Shown here in pieces: positions 42,920 through 54,270 of a DNA stretch of 64,000 nt. The notes under the pieces were generated by a model, which saw only the letters and a list, made by a program, of their open reading frames with translations, had not been told where the DNA came from and did no database searches. How positions within the stretch are numbered: the first letter of the stretch is position 1; every line of letters begins with the position of its first letter. The stretch is from Escherichia phage vB_EcoM_G10400, in sequence record MK327937.1; one strand, written 5' to 3'. The translations under genes were made by a program, and so were the position numbers.

Positions 42920-43573
42920 TTAATACTTACAAGATTTCACAGTTTCAATGAAAACATTTTTAGCTTTCTGTGAATCAATATTTAAAATTTTTCTATAAGC
43001 CTTTAACTTTATAGAATAATTATTCCAGACTAAATTATCAGTCTGTTCATCATGTTTATCAATTATATTTAAAAATGAATCAAGCAAGATAAACGTCTCA
43101 AACGAAATTATGTTCGATTGCAGAAGTTTAAAAATATAACTTGACTGAACCTTTGGATTATATTCAAAGATTTCTTTAAAAGCAGAAACTTCAACTTTTT
43201 TACTAAAATAGTAAATATTGCGAATATCTTCTTCAAACTTAAACTTAATTTGCTTTAAGCGTCCGATATATTCACGATAAAACACAAGTGCATCAGCGTC
43301 AGAGATGTCACCAATCCAAGCATCTTGGTTAGCAACCAAATTACTTATAAAGATTAAAGCAAGTTCCTTTAATTTATATTTTTCTGATAACTTCTGGAAA
43401 AAATACTTATCCCTTCGCTTTTGATAAGCGGCATCAGACACCCGCATGCACCAATTATACTTAATTACATCATACTTTCCATTCATATGCTGTTTTATCA
43501 TTAAGTATAATTTATAAACTGATTTACCATCAATGTATCTTTCACCACCAGCAGGCATGCGGAGTTTAATCAT
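42920..43573 (-). CDS. 59: Helicase loader gp59
   Basis: 217 aa; synteny next to gene 32. Confidence 0.85.
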   Translation of the reverse strand: MIKLRMPAGGERYIDGKSVYKLYLMIKQHMNGKYDVIKYNWCMRVSDAAYQKRRDKYFFQKLSEKYKLKELALIFISNLVANQDAWIGDISDADALVFYREYIGRLKQIKFKFEEDIRNIYYFSKKVEVSAFKEIFEYNPKVQSSYIFKLLQSNIISFETFILLDSFLNIIDKHDEQTDNLVWNNYSIKLKAYRKILNIDSQKAKNVFIETVKSCKY

Positions 43574-43908
43574 AGCAGAAAATCTAATGTATTAGTTTTT
43601 TCACAACGAACAACAGAAGGACGTAAAAGATTTTCGTCAATAGCTTCTGACTGAATTTTTTCAATTATACCCGAAGGAATAAATTTAGCAAATTGAGTTT
43701 CAGGAATAGAATTTTCTTCCAAGAATGCTGTTGTAGCTTCAAGATAACTCATTCCAAACTCTTCTACCATTTTTTCAATAATAAATCCGTTTTCTTGACG
43801 ATCAAGAAGCTTTGCTATTTCATCCTTTTCTTTCTTGATTGAAAGTTCTTTTTCTGAAAGACCGGTCTCATCGACCGGACGAATATCATTTAGAGAAAAC
43901 TGTGTCAT
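43570..43908 (-). CDS. 33: Late transcription co-activator gp33
   Basis: About 112 aa from MTQFSLNDIR; synteny. Confidence 0.75.
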   Translation of the reverse strand: MTQFSLNDIRPVDETGLSEKELSIKKEKDEIAKLLDRQENGFIIEKMVEEFGMSYLEATTAFLEENSIPETQFAKFIPSGIIEKIQSEAIDENLLRPSVVRCEKTNTLDFLL

Positions 43909-44155
43909 AAAGTTCAACTACCTCTTCAGTTTCAGCTTCAAACACATCACGGTTATCTTTATGATACAAAGCTAATAGACGATTAAACATCTTACCATCA
44001 ACGCCAAGTTCATCTTTAGCACGAATTCGAATATCTTTAATTAGTTCATTATAACCGGAAATTTTCAGTTTATGATCAGATGCTTCTTTAATAAATTTAG
44101 CCAAGTCTTCGCCATGGATAGCTTCATCAAATTCAACCATTTCTTTTTTAGCCAT
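43886..44155 (-). CDS. dsbA: dsDNA-binding protein DsbA
   Basis: 89 aa; synteny between rnh and 33. Confidence 0.75.
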   Translation of the reverse strand: MAKKEMVEFDEAIHGEDLAKFIKEASDHKLKISGYNELIKDIRIRAKDELGVDGKMFNRLLALYHKDNRDVFEAETEEVVELYDTVFSK

Positions 44156-44163
44156 TATTCACC

Positions 44164-45081
44164 TCAAAATTCATTAATGCTATTAGTTAATTTAGAAAGA
44201 CCCGCTTTTACAAAATATGAATAAATTTTGCCACGCGGTGGTAATTTATATGAATTATAGTAATTCACAATGTTTGAAGCAATATTATCAGGAATATAAT
44301 CAAAATCAATTAGAACTAAATTTTCTTTATAACGATTATATTCAGATTCTGTGAGAAGCACCTTAGCTTGCTCACGGTCATTAGCAATAGCTTCAACGAT
44401 TGAAGTTTTCATTGAAGGAGTTCGTTCACCTTCAACTTTGGTAAACCAAAAGTCAGATCGTACTTTAACTGAAGCAACGTTATCCTTTTTGTCGCCTTTA
44501 AGGATTTTAGTCATACAGTCAATTTCAGCAGAACCGCTTTTAATTTTAACCCATTTCTTGTGCATCGGTGACCATTGCTTAACATTTGGATATTTGTGAA
44601 GCTGTGTAAAGTCACCATCCGATGAAATGATTAAAATCTTGTGTCCTTCTAAAGAGAACTTTTTAACAAGAACAGCAATGTGGTCATCTGCTTCATACTT
44701 ATCAATATCCATAACAATGTATGGCATATAAGCTTTCAATTCATCTATGACTTTATGACTGGATTCAAAATAACCTTCCCAGTCCCAAGTAGATTCTTCT
44801 CGTGCTTTTCCGCGGTTTTTCTTGTAATAGTAAGCAAAATCACGACGCCAATATCCAGATTTCGCATTATCAATACACAGTACAATTTTAGTGTATCCAA
44901 GCGTTTTTGCTTTTTTGACATTAAACTTAATTGAGTTCAATATCAAATGACGAACCATTGATAAATTAATTTTTTCTTTATCTGGGAAGTTTACCAAAGC
45001 AGTTGAAAGCGCAATTTGACTAAAGTCAATAAAGCAAATTCCTTCTTTGTAATCTTCATCCAACATCATTTCTAAATCCAT
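44164..45081 (-). CDS. rnh: RNase H (5'-3' exonuclease / flap endonuclease)
   Basis: 305 aa from MDLEMMLDEDYKEG; matches my recall of T4 RNase H. Confidence 0.9.
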   Translation of the reverse strand: MDLEMMLDEDYKEGICFIDFSQIALSTALVNFPDKEKINLSMVRHLILNSIKFNVKKAKTLGYTKIVLCIDNAKSGYWRRDFAYYYKKNRGKAREESTWDWEGYFESSHKVIDELKAYMPYIVMDIDKYEADDHIAVLVKKFSLEGHKILIISSDGDFTQLHKYPNVKQWSPMHKKWVKIKSGSAEIDCMTKILKGDKKDNVASVKVRSDFWFTKVEGERTPSMKTSIVEAIANDREQAKVLLTESEYNRYKENLVLIDFDYIPDNIASNIVNYYNSYKLPPRGKIYSYFVKAGLSKLTNSINEF

Positions 45082-45143
45082 ATGAACCTCGTTCAATTAG
45101 TGAGATTTCTATTATATACCATCCAAATCTTAAAGTAAACAAG

Positions 45144-45151
45144 TATAAATA
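45144..45151 (+). promoter_or_regulatory. Late promoter core TATAAATA for gene 34
   Basis: TATAAATA about 35 nt upstream of gene 34 ATG (45186), SD TAGGAG. Confidence 0.6.
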
Positions 45152-45185
45152 CTTATTATTGAAAACACAATAGGAGCCCGGGAGA

Positions 45186-48100
45186 ATGGCCGAGATTAAA
45201 AGAAAGTTCAGAGCAGAAGATGGTCTGGACGCAGGTGGTGATAAAATAATCAACGTAGCTTTAGCTGATCGTGCCGTAGGAACTGACGGCGTTAACGTTG
45301 ATTACTTAATTCAAGAAAACACAGTTCAACAATATGATCCAACTCGTGGATATTTAAAAGATTTTGTAATCATTTATGATAACCGCTTTTGGGCTGCTAT
45401 AAATGATATTCCAAAACCAGCAGGAGCTTTTAATAGCGTACGATGGAGAGCGTTACGTACTGATGCAAACTGGACAACTGTTTCATCAGGACCTTATCAA
45501 TTAAAATCGGGCGAATCAATTTCAGTTGATACTGCAGCTGGTAATGACATTACATTTACTTTACCATCTTCTCCAATTGATGGTGATACCATCGTTCTCC
45601 AAGATATTGGAGGAAAACCTGGAGTTAATCAAGTTTTAATTACAGCTCCGGTACAAAGCATTGTAAATTTTAGAGGTCAGCAAGTACGTTCAGTACTAAT
45701 GACTCATCCAAAATCACAGATAGTTTTAATTTTTAGTAATCGTCTGTGGCAAATGTATGTTGCTGATTATAGTAGAGAAGCTGTAGTTGTAACTCCTGCG
45801 AGTCTCTATCAGGCACAATCAAACGATTTTATCGTACGTAGATTTACTTCTGCTTCAGCAATTAATATTAAACTTCCAAGATTTGCCAATCATGGCGATA
45901 TTATTAATTTCGTTGATTTGGATAAATTAAATCCTCTTTATCACACAATTGTTACTACATATGATGAAACAACTTCAGTACAAGAAGTTGGAACTCATTC
46001 CATTGAAGGTCGTACATCGATTGACGGTTTCTTGATGTTTGATGATAATGAGAAATTGTGGAGATTGTTTGACGGGGATAGTAAAGCACGTTTACGCATT
46101 ATAACAACTAATTCTAATATTCGTCCAAACGAAGAAGTCATGGTATTTGGCGCGAATAATGGAACAACCCAAACAATTGAACTTCAGCTTCCGACTGATA
46201 TTTCTGTTGGTGATACTGTCAAAATTTCCATGAATTACATGAGAAAAGGACAAACGGTTAAAATCAAAGCTGCAGGTGAAGATAAAATTGCTTCTTCAGT
46301 TCAATTGCTGCAATTCCCAAAACGCTCAGAATATCCACCTGAAGCTGAATGGGTAACAGTTCAAGAATTAGTTTTTAATGGTGAAACTAATTATGTACCA
46401 GTTTTGCAACTTGCTTATATTGAAGATTCTGATGGAAAATACTGGGTTGTACAGCAAAATGTTCCAACCGTAGAAAGAGTAGATTCTTTAAATGATTCTA
46501 CTAGAGCAAGATTAGGCGTAATTGCTTTAGCTACACAAGCTCAAGCTAATGTCGATTTAGAAAATTCTCCTCAAAAAGAATTAGCAATTACTCCAGAAAC
46601 GTTAGCTAATCGTACTGCTACAGAAACTCGCAGAGGTATTGCAAGAATAGCAACTACTGCTCAAGTGAATCAGAACACCACATTCTCTTTTGCAGATGAC
46701 CTTATCATTACTCCTAAAAAGCTGAATGAAAGAACTGCTACAGAAACTCGTAGAGGTGTCGCAGAAATTGCTACGCAGCAAGAAACTAATACAGGTACTG
46801 ATGATACTACAATCATTACTCCTAAAAAGCTTCAAGCTCGTCAAGGTTCTGAATCATTATCTGGTATTGTAACCTTTGTATCTACTGCAGGAGCTACTCC
46901 AGCTTCTAGCCGTGAATTAAATGGTACGAATGTTTATAATAAAAACACTAATAATTTAGTTGTTTCGCCTAAAGCTCTGGATCAGTATAAAGCTACTCCA
47001 ACGCAACAAGGTGCAGTAATTTTAGCAGTTGAAAGTGAAGTAATTGCTGGACAAAGTCAGGAAGGATGGGCAAATGCGGTTGTAACGCCAGAAACGTTAC
47101 ATAAAAAGACATCAACTGATGGAAGAATTGGTTTAATTGAAATTGCTACGCAAAGTGAAGTTAATACAGGAACTGATTATACACGTGCAGTCACTCCTAA
47201 AACTTTAAATGACCGTAGAGCAACTGAAAGTTTAAGTGGTATAGCTGAAATTGCTACACAAGTTGAATTCGACGCGGGCGTCGACGATACTCGTATCTCT
47301 ACACCATTAAAAATTAAAACCAGATTTAATAGTACTGATCGTACTTCTGTTGTTGCTCTATCTGGATTAGTTGAATCAGGAACTCTCTGGGACCATTATA
47401 CCCTTAATATTCTTGAAGCAAATGAGACACAACGTGGTACACTTCGTGTGGCTACACAAGTAGAAGCTGCTGCTGGAAAATTAGATAATGTTTTAATAAC
47501 TCCTAAAAAGCTTTTAGGTACTAAATCTACTGAAGCACAAGAAGGTGTTATTAAAGTTGCAACTCAGTCTGAAACTGTGACTGGAACGTCAGCAAATACT
47601 GCTGTATCTCCAAAAAATTTAAAATGGATTGTGCAGAGTGAACCTACCTGGGCAGCTACTACTGCAGTAAGAGGCTTTGTTAAAACTTCATCTGGTTCAA
47701 TTACATTTGTCGGTAATGATACAGTCGGTTCTACCCAAGATTTAGAACTGTATGAGAAAAATAGTTATGCAGTATCACCATATGAATTAAACCGTGTATT
47801 AGCAAATTATTTGCCATTAAAAGCAAAAGCTGCGGATAGTAATTTATTGGATGGTCTAGATTCATCTCAGTTCATTCGTAGGGATATTGCGCAGACGGTT
47901 AATGGTTCACTAACCTTAACTCAACAAACGAATCTGAGTGCCCCTCTTGTATCATCTAGTACTGCTACGTTTGGTGGATCAGTTTCGGCAAATAGTACAC
48001 TAACTATTTCTAATACTGATAGAACAGCAACTCGTCTGATTTTTGAGAAAGGATCTCAAACTGGAACGAACCCGGCTCAAACGATGACAGTCAGCGTGTG

Positions 48101-49058
48101 GGGGAATCAATTTAGTGGGGAATCAAACACAACACGTTCTACCGTATTTGAAGTTAGTGATGAAACATCTTATCACTTTTATTCTCAACGCGATAAAGAT
48201 GGTAATATAGCATTTAGCATTAATGGTACTGTAATGCCAATAAATGTGAATGCTTTAGGAACATTGAATGCAAATGGTGTAGCAACATTTGGTAATTCAG
48301 TCACTGCAAGTGGTGAAATTATTTCTCGAAGCGCAAATGCTTTCCGTGCTATTAACGGAAATTATGGTTTTATTGTTCGCAATGACGGGTCAGTAACGAA
48401 TTTTATGCTTACTGCATCGGGCGATCAGACTGGTGGATTTAATGGATTACGTCCATTAACTATTAATAATGCATCTGGTCAAGTAACGATTGGTGAAAGC
48501 TTAATCATTGCCAAAGGTGCTACTATAAATTCAGGCGGTTTAACTGTTAACTCGAGAATTCGTTCTCAGGGCACTAAAACATCTGACTTATATACCCGTG
48601 TGCCGACATCTGATACTGTAGGATTCTGGTCAATTGACATTAATGATTCAGCTACTTATAACCAATTCCCGGGTTATTTTGAAATGGTTGAAAAAACTAA
48701 TGAAGTGACTGGACTTCCATACTTAGAACGTGGCGAAGAGGTTAAATCTCCTGGTACATTGACTCAGTTTGGTAACACACTTGATTCGCTTTACCAAGAT
48801 TGGATTACTTATCCAACTACCCCAGAAGCTCGCACCACTCGCTGGACACGCACATGGCAGAAAACAAAAAACTCTTGGTCGAGTTTTGTTCAGGTATTTG
48901 ATGGAGGTAACCCTCCTCAGCCATCTGATATTGGTGCTTTACCATCTGATAATGCTATAATGGGGAATCTTACTATTCGTGATTTCTTACGAATTGGTAA
49001 TGTTCGCATTATTCCTGACCCAGTGAATAAAACGGTTAAATTTGAATGGGTTGAATAA
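45186..49058 (+). CDS. 34: Long tail fibre proximal subunit gp34
   Basis: 1290 aa; synteny and size. Confidence 0.9.
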   Translation: MAEIKRKFRAEDGLDAGGDKIINVALADRAVGTDGVNVDYLIQENTVQQYDPTRGYLKDFVIIYDNRFWAAINDIPKPAGAFNSVRWRALRTDANWTTVSSGPYQLKSGESISVDTAAGNDITFTLPSSPIDGDTIVLQDIGGKPGVNQVLITAPVQSIVNFRGQQVRSVLMTHPKSQIVLIFSNRLWQMYVADYSREAVVVTPASLYQAQSNDFIVRRFTSASAINIKLPRFANHGDIINFVDLDKLNPLYHTIVTTYDETTSVQEVGTHSIEGRTSIDGFLMFDDNEKLWRLFDGDSKARLRIITTNSNIRPNEEVMVFGANNGTTQTIELQLPTDISVGDTVKISMNYMRKGQTVKIKAAGEDKIASSVQLLQFPKRSEYPPEAEWVTVQELVFNGETNYVPVLQLAYIEDSDGKYWVVQQNVPTVERVDSLNDSTRARLGVIALATQAQANVDLENSPQKELAITPETLANRTATETRRGIARIATTAQVNQNTTFSFADDLIITPKKLNERTATETRRGVAEIATQQETNTGTDDTTIITPKKLQARQGSESLSGIVTFVSTAGATPASSRELNGTNVYNKNTNNLVVSPKALDQYKATPTQQGAVILAVESEVIAGQSQEGWANAVVTPETLHKKTSTDGRIGLIEIATQSEVNTGTDYTRAVTPKTLNDRRATESLSGIAEIATQVEFDAGVDDTRISTPLKIKTRFNSTDRTSVVALSGLVESGTLWDHYTLNILEANETQRGTLRVATQVEAAAGKLDNVLITPKKLLGTKSTEAQEGVIKVATQSETVTGTSANTAVSPKNLKWIVQSEPTWAATTAVRGFVKTSSGSITFVGNDTVGSTQDLELYEKNSYAVSPYELNRVLANYLPLKAKAADSNLLDGLDSSQFIRRDIAQTVNGSLTLTQQTNLSAPLVSSSTATFGGSVSANSTLTISNTDRTATRLIFEKGSQTGTNPAQTMTVSVWGNQFSGESNTTRSTVFEVSDETSYHFYSQRDKDGNIAFSINGTVMPINVNALGTLNANGVATFGNSVTASGEIISRSANAFRAINGNYGFIVRNDGSVTNFMLTASGDQTGGFNGLRPLTINNASGQVTIGESLIIAKGATINSGGLTVNSRIRSQGTKTSDLYTRVPTSDTVGFWSIDINDSATYNQFPGYFEMVEKTNEVTGLPYLERGEEVKSPGTLTQFGNTLDSLYQDWITYPTTPEARTTRWTRTWQKTKNSWSSFVQVFDGGNPPQPSDIGALPSDNAIMGNLTIRDFLRIGNVRIIPDPVNKTVKFEWVE

Positions 49059-49066
49059 GAGGTATT

Positions 49067-50182
49067 ATGGAAAAATTTATGGCAGAGTTTGGACAAGGAT
49101 ATGTCCAAACGCCATTTTTATCGGAAAGTAATTCAGTAAGATATAAAATAAGTATAGCGGGTTCTTGCCCGCTTTCTACTGCAGGACCATACGTCAAATT
49201 TCAGGATAATCTTGTTGGAAGCCAAACATTTAGCGCAGGTCTTCATTTAAGAGTTTTTGACCCTTCTACAGGAGCATTAGTTGATAGTAAGTCATATGCT
49301 TTTTCAACTTCAAATGATACTACATCAGCTGCTTTTGTTAGTTTCATGAATTCTTTGGCGAATAACAGACTTGTTGCTATATTAACTAGCGGAAAGGTTA
49401 ATTTTCCTCCTGAAGTAGTATCTTGGTTAAGAGCAGCAGGAACGTCTGCTTTTCCATCTGATTCTTTATTGTCAAGATTTGACGTATCATATGCTGCCTT
49501 TTATACTTCTTCCAAAGGAGCTATTGCATTAGAACATGTTAAACTAAGTAATAGAAAAAGCACAGATGACTATCAAACTATTTTAGATGTTGTATTTGAC
49601 AGTTTAGAAGACGTTGGAGCTACGGGATTTCCTAAAAGAACATATGAAAGCGTGGAGCAATTTATGTCAGCAGTCGGTGGAACTAATAACGAAATTGCAC
49701 GTTTACCAACTTCATCCGCAATAAGTAAACTCTCTGATTATAATTTAATTCCTGGCGATGTTCTTTATCTTAAAGCGCAGTTATATGCTGATGCAGATTT
49801 ACTTGCGCTTGGAACTACAAATATATCTATCCGTTTTTATGATGAATCGAATGGATATATTTCTTCAACACATGCCGAGTTTACTGGACAAGCTGGGTCA
49901 TGGGAATTAAAGGAAGATTATGTAGTTATTCCAGAAAATGCAGTAGGATTTACGATATATGCACAAAGAACTGCGCAAGCAGGTCAAGGTGGCATGAGAA
50001 ATTTAAGCTTTTCTGAAGTATCAAGAAATGGAGGAATTTCAAAACCTGCTGAATTTGGCGTCAATGGTATTCGAGTTAATTATGTCTGTGAATCTGCTTC
50101 ACCTCCGGATATAATGGTACTTCCTACACAAGCATCGTCTAAAACTGGTAAAGTGTTTGGACAAGAATTTAGAGAAGTTTAA
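49067..50182 (+). CDS. 35: Long tail fibre hinge protein gp35
   Basis: 371 aa; synteny and size. Confidence 0.85.
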   Translation: MEKFMAEFGQGYVQTPFLSESNSVRYKISIAGSCPLSTAGPYVKFQDNLVGSQTFSAGLHLRVFDPSTGALVDSKSYAFSTSNDTTSAAFVSFMNSLANNRLVAILTSGKVNFPPEVVSWLRAAGTSAFPSDSLLSRFDVSYAAFYTSSKGAIALEHVKLSNRKSTDDYQTILDVVFDSLEDVGATGFPKRTYESVEQFMSAVGGTNNEIARLPTSSAISKLSDYNLIPGDVLYLKAQLYADADLLALGTTNISIRFYDESNGYISSTHAEFTGQAGSWELKEDYVVIPENAVGFTIYAQRTAQAGQGGMRNLSFSEVSRNGGISKPAEFGVNGIRVNYVCESASPPDIMVLPTQASSKTGKVFGQEFREV

Positions 50183-50187
50183 ATTGA

Positions 50188-50210
50188 GGGAGCCTTCGGG
50201 TTCCCTTTTT
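50188..50210 (+). terminator. Intrinsic terminator after gene 35
   Basis: GGGAGCC-TTCG-GGTTCCC hairpin followed by TTTTT. Confidence 0.6.
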
Positions 50211-50213
50211 CTT

Positions 50214-50221
50214 TATAAATA
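50214..50221 (+). promoter_or_regulatory. Late promoter core TATAAATA for gene 36
   Basis: TATAAATA 24 nt upstream of gene 36 ATG. Confidence 0.6.
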
Positions 50222-50244
50222 CTATTAAAATAAAGGGGCATACA

Positions 50245-50901
50245 ATGGCTGATTTAAAAGTAGGTTCAACAACTGGAGGCTCTGTCATTTGGCATCAAGG
50301 AAATTTTCCATTGAATCCAGCCGGTGACGATGTACTCTATAAATCATTTAAAATATATTCAGAATATAATAAGCCACAAGCTGCCGATAACGATTTCGTT
50401 TCTAAAGCTAATGGCGGTACGTATTTAAATAAAGTAATTTTTAATAAAGGAATGACTGTTCCTGGCGCAGGGTCAGGTGATAATGGTATTTTTGCTGGTC
50501 CTGGTGATAGTGCCACGTATGATACTACAAATATGGATATTGTTTCGTGGTATGGTATTGGTTTTAAATCATCACAAGGAACAGCAGGTAGAACTGTAGT
50601 AATTAACACGCGAAATGGAGATATTAGCTCAAAGGGTGTAATTGAAGCATCACAAATCCGTGTAACTTCGTTATCACCAGTAAATAATTATGACCTTACG
50701 CGGAAAGATTATGTTGATGGAGCAATAAATATTGTTACAGCAAACGCAAACTCTAGGGTATTACGCTCTGGAGACACTATGACAGGAAATTTAACTGCGC
50801 CAAACCTTTTTTCACAGAATCCTGCATCTCAACCCTCGCATGTTCCACGATTTGACCAAATTGTTATTAAGGATTCTGTTCAAGATTTCGGCTATTATTA
50901 A
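50245..50901 (+). CDS. 36: Long tail fibre distal connector gp36
   Basis: 218 aa; synteny. Confidence 0.85.
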   Translation: MADLKVGSTTGGSVIWHQGNFPLNPAGDDVLYKSFKIYSEYNKPQAADNDFVSKANGGTYLNKVIFNKGMTVPGAGSGDNGIFAGPGDSATYDTTNMDIVSWYGIGFKSSQGTAGRTVVINTRNGDISSKGVIEASQIRVTSLSPVNNYDLTRKDYVDGAINIVTANANSRVLRSGDTMTGNLTAPNLFSQNPASQPSHVPRFDQIVIKDSVQDFGYY

Positions 50902-50909
50902 GAGGACTT

Positions 50910-53900
50910 ATGGCTACTTTAAAACAAATACAATTTAAAAGAAGCAAAACTGCAGGAGCACGTCCTGCCGCTTCAGTATTAGCCGAAGGTGAATTGGCTA
51001 TAAACTTAAAAGACCGTGTACTTTTTACTAAAGATGACCAAGGAAATATTATTGATCTGGGTTTTGCTAAAGGCGGTAGTATTGACGGGAATGTTATTCA
51101 TACAGGCAATTATAACCAAACTGGCGATTATACTTTAAATGGTGTCTTCACTCAGACTGGTAATTTTAATTTAACTGGTATTGCTCGAGTAACTCGCGAT
51201 ATTATTGCCGCTGGGCAGATTATGACTGAAGGCGGAGAACTTATTACAAAAAGTTCAGGTACAGCGCATGTTCGTTTTTTCGATAACAATAGTCGCGAAC
51301 GCGGAATCATTTATGCCCCGGCTAATGATGGTTTAACTACACAAGTACTTAATATCAGGGTTCAAGACTACGCCGCTGGTAGCGAAAGCACTTATGCATT
51401 TTCAGGCAGTGGACTATTTACTTCACCTGAAGTATCAGCATGGAAATCTATTTCGTCTCCACAAATTCTAACCAACAAAGTCATTACTAATAATAAATCT
51501 ACGGGTGATTATGACATCTATTCGATGGCAGACAATGTTCCATTGTCTGAAAGCACTACTGCTATTAATCATCTTCGTGTCATGCGTAATGCCGTTGGTT
51601 CTGGTATTTTCCATGAAGTTAAAGATAATGATGGAATAACTTGGTATGCAGGTGATGGACTTGACACCTATCTTTGGTCATTTACTTGGAGCGGCGGAAT
51701 TAAATCGAGTCACTCAATTTCTATTGGTTTAACACCTGGTAATAAAGATTATTCAATATTAGGACCATCTAGTATTGCTTTAGGAGATAATGATACTGGA
51801 TTTAAATGGCATCAAGATGGATATTATTTTAGCGTTAATAATGGAACAAAAACGTTTTTATTTAGTCCTAGCGAAACAACTAGCCTAAGAAAATTTGTAG
51901 CTGGATATTCTACTAACGGAACCGATTTAACTACTCCTCCAACTGAAAACTATGCATTAGCCACTGTTGTTACTTACCATGATAATAACGCATACGGCGA
52001 CGGTCAAACTCTTTTAGGATATTATCAAGGCGGTAACTATCATCATTATTTCCGCGGTAAAGGTACTACAAACATTAATACTCACGGCGGTTTGTTAGTT
52101 ACTCCTGGTAATATTGACGTTATTGGTGGTTCTGTTAATATCGATGGTAGAAATAATAATTCAACTTTAATGTTTAAAGGCTATACCATGGGTCAAAGCT
52201 CCGTTGATAACATGTATATAGCTGTTTGGGGAAATACTTTTACTAATCCAAGTGAAGGCACCCGTAAAAATGTCATGGAAATTTCTGATGATATTGGATG
52301 GATGCATTATATTCAACGAACAACTGCAGGTAAAGTCGAATCGGTTCTAAACGGCACCCAGATTGTTAATGAAAACTTGACCGTAGTAAAAAATGCTACA
52401 TTTGATGGTACAATCAGCGCAGCAGGTGAAATTTCATCTGGGGCTGTGAATGCGCTTCGTATTTGGAACGCAGATTATGGAGCTATTTTTAGACGTTCAG
52501 AAGGCAGTCTTCATATTATTCCAACTGCTTACGGTGAAGGTAAATATGGCGATATCGGTCCACTTCGCCCGTTTAGTATGGCTTTAGATACCGGTAAAGT
52601 TACTATTCCAGATTTACAATCAAGTTACAATACGTTTGCTGCTAACGGTTATATTAAATTTGTTGGTCATGGAGCGGGTGCCGGCGGTTATGACATTCAA
52701 TATGCTCAAGCGGCTCCTATTTTCCAGGAAATTGATGATGATGCTGTAAGCAAATATTATCCTATTGTTAAACAGAAGTTTTTAAATGGTAAAGCTGTTT
52801 GGTCTTTAGGTACTGAAATTAGTTCAGGTACATTCGTTATTCATCATCTGAAAGAAGATGGTTCACAAGGCCATACGTCTCGTTTTAATCAAGACGGTAC
52901 TGTTAACTTCCCAGATAACGTTTCTGTCGGCGGCGGTGAAGCTACTATTGCTCGCAATGGTAATATCTGGTCTGATATCTGGAAAACGTTTACTTCAGCA
53001 GGCGACGTAACTAATATTCGCGATGCAATAGCTACTCGTGTTGCTAAAGAAGGTGATACGATGACCGGTAGGTTGACTTTATCTGCTGGAAATGATGCCC
53101 TTGTTTTAACTGCAGGCACGGGCGCTTCATCGCACATCCGTAGTGATGTAGGTGGTACAAATAATTGGTTTATAGGCAAAGGCGGCGGCGACAATGGTCT
53201 AAGTTTTTACAGTTACATTACACAAGGCGGTGTGAACATAACAAATAACGGCGAAATAGCGCTTTCTCCTCAAGGACAAGGAGCGTTTAATTTTAATAGA
53301 GACCGCCTTCATATAAACGGTACACAATGGACCGCACACCAGGCTGGCGATTGGGGAAATCAATGGCGCCAGGAAGCTCCTGTATTTGTGGATTTTGGTA
53401 ATGTCGGTAATGATAGTTATTATCCTATTATTAAAGGAAAATCTGGTATTACTAATGAAGGGTATATATCTGGTGTAGATTTTGGTATGCGACGCATTCC
53501 TAATAACTGGGCACAAGGTATTATTCGTGTAGGTAATCAGGAAAACGGTTCCGACCCACAAGCTGTCTTCGAATTCCACCATAATGGAAACATGTACGTT
53601 CCTGACATGGTTAAAGCTGGAGTAAGAATATCAGCTGGTGGAGGTGACCCTGCATGGACAGACGCATGTGTTGTTATTGGTGATAATGACACCGGATTAG
53701 TTCATGGTGGTGACGGCCGAATCAATATGGTTGCCAATGGTATACATATTGCAAACTGGGGAGCAGGCTATCAATCTCATCCTGGGCTTTGGGATTCAAC
53801 CGGTGCTTTTTGGACAGAAGTTGGAAGAGCTATCGTTTCTCATGGGCATCTCGTTCAGGCAAATGATAGTTATTCAACGTTTGTCCGTGATGTTTATGTC

Positions 53901-54239
53901 CGTTCTGATATTCGTGTTAAAAAAGACCTTGTTAAATTTGAAAATGCTTCTGAGAAGCTTTCAAAAATTAATGGTTACACTTATATGCAGAAGCGAGGCC
54001 TAGATGAAGAAGGTAATCAAAAATGGGAACCTAATGCCGGTTTAATTGCCCAAGAAGTTCAAGCTATTTTACCTGAATTAGTTGAAGGCGATCAGGATAG
54101 TGAAGCTTTACTTCGTTTGAACTATAACGGTGTAATTGGTTTAAATACAGCTGCAATCAATGAGCATACTGCAGAAATTGCAGAACTTAAATCAGAAATT
54201 GAAGAACTTAAAGCATTAGTTAAATCATTGTTAAAATAA
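50910..54239 (+). CDS. 37: Long tail fibre distal subunit gp37 (T2-type, with C-terminal coiled-coil chaperone-like extension)
   Basis: 1109 aa, longer than the 1026-aa T4 gp37 I recall; C-terminus ...[26 protein letters not shown]. Confidence 0.85.
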   Translation: MATLKQIQFKRSKTAGARPAASVLAEGELAINLKDRVLFTKDDQGNIIDLGFAKGGSIDGNVIHTGNYNQTGDYTLNGVFTQTGNFNLTGIARVTRDIIAAGQIMTEGGELITKSSGTAHVRFFDNNSRERGIIYAPANDGLTTQVLNIRVQDYAAGSESTYAFSGSGLFTSPEVSAWKSISSPQILTNKVITNNKSTGDYDIYSMADNVPLSESTTAINHLRVMRNAVGSGIFHEVKDNDGITWYAGDGLDTYLWSFTWSGGIKSSHSISIGLTPGNKDYSILGPSSIALGDNDTGFKWHQDGYYFSVNNGTKTFLFSPSETTSLRKFVAGYSTNGTDLTTPPTENYALATVVTYHDNNAYGDGQTLLGYYQGGNYHHYFRGKGTTNINTHGGLLVTPGNIDVIGGSVNIDGRNNNSTLMFKGYTMGQSSVDNMYIAVWGNTFTNPSEGTRKNVMEISDDIGWMHYIQRTTAGKVESVLNGTQIVNENLTVVKNATFDGTISAAGEISSGAVNALRIWNADYGAIFRRSEGSLHIIPTAYGEGKYGDIGPLRPFSMALDTGKVTIPDLQSSYNTFAANGYIKFVGHGAGAGGYDIQYAQAAPIFQEIDDDAVSKYYPIVKQKFLNGKAVWSLGTEISSGTFVIHHLKEDGSQGHTSRFNQDGTVNFPDNVSVGGGEATIARNGNIWSDIWKTFTSAGDVTNIRDAIATRVAKEGDTMTGRLTLSAGNDALVLTAGTGASSHIRSDVGGTNNWFIGKGGGDNGLSFYSYITQGGVNITNNGEIALSPQGQGAFNFNRDRLHINGTQWTAHQAGDWGNQWRQEAPVFVDFGNVGNDSYYPIIKGKSGITNEGYISGVDFGMRRIPNNWAQGIIRVGNQENGSDPQAVFEFHHNGNMYVPDMVKAGVRISAGGGDPAWTDACVVIGDNDTGLVHGGDGRINMVANGIHIANWGAGYQSHPGLWDSTGAFWTEVGRAIVSHGHLVQANDSYSTFVRDVYVRSDIRVKKDLVKFENASEKLSKINGYTYMQKRGLDEEGNQKWEPNAGLIAQEVQAILPELVEGDQDSEALLRLNYNGVIGLNTAAINEHTAEIAELKSEIEELKALVKSLLK

Positions 54240-54244
54240 TAAGA

Positions 54245-54258
54245 GGGGCTTCGGCCCC
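54245..54258 (+). other. GC stem-loop with UUCG tetraloop in the 37-38 intergenic region
   Basis: GGGGC-TTCG-GCCCC immediately before the gp38 SD GGAGG; only a short T-run, so attenuator or RNA stability element rather than strong terminator. Confidence 0.45.
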
Positions 54259-54270
54259 TTGGAGGTTTAT

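Noticed and set aside
46602-46844. 80-aa minus-strand ORF inside gene 34
   Set aside because: Antisense to the tail fibre gene; Ser/Cys-rich composition reflects antisense of repetitive coding sequence.
52889-53582. Minus-strand ORFs of 101 and 127 aa inside gene 37
   Set aside because: Antisense shadow ORFs within a long structural gene.
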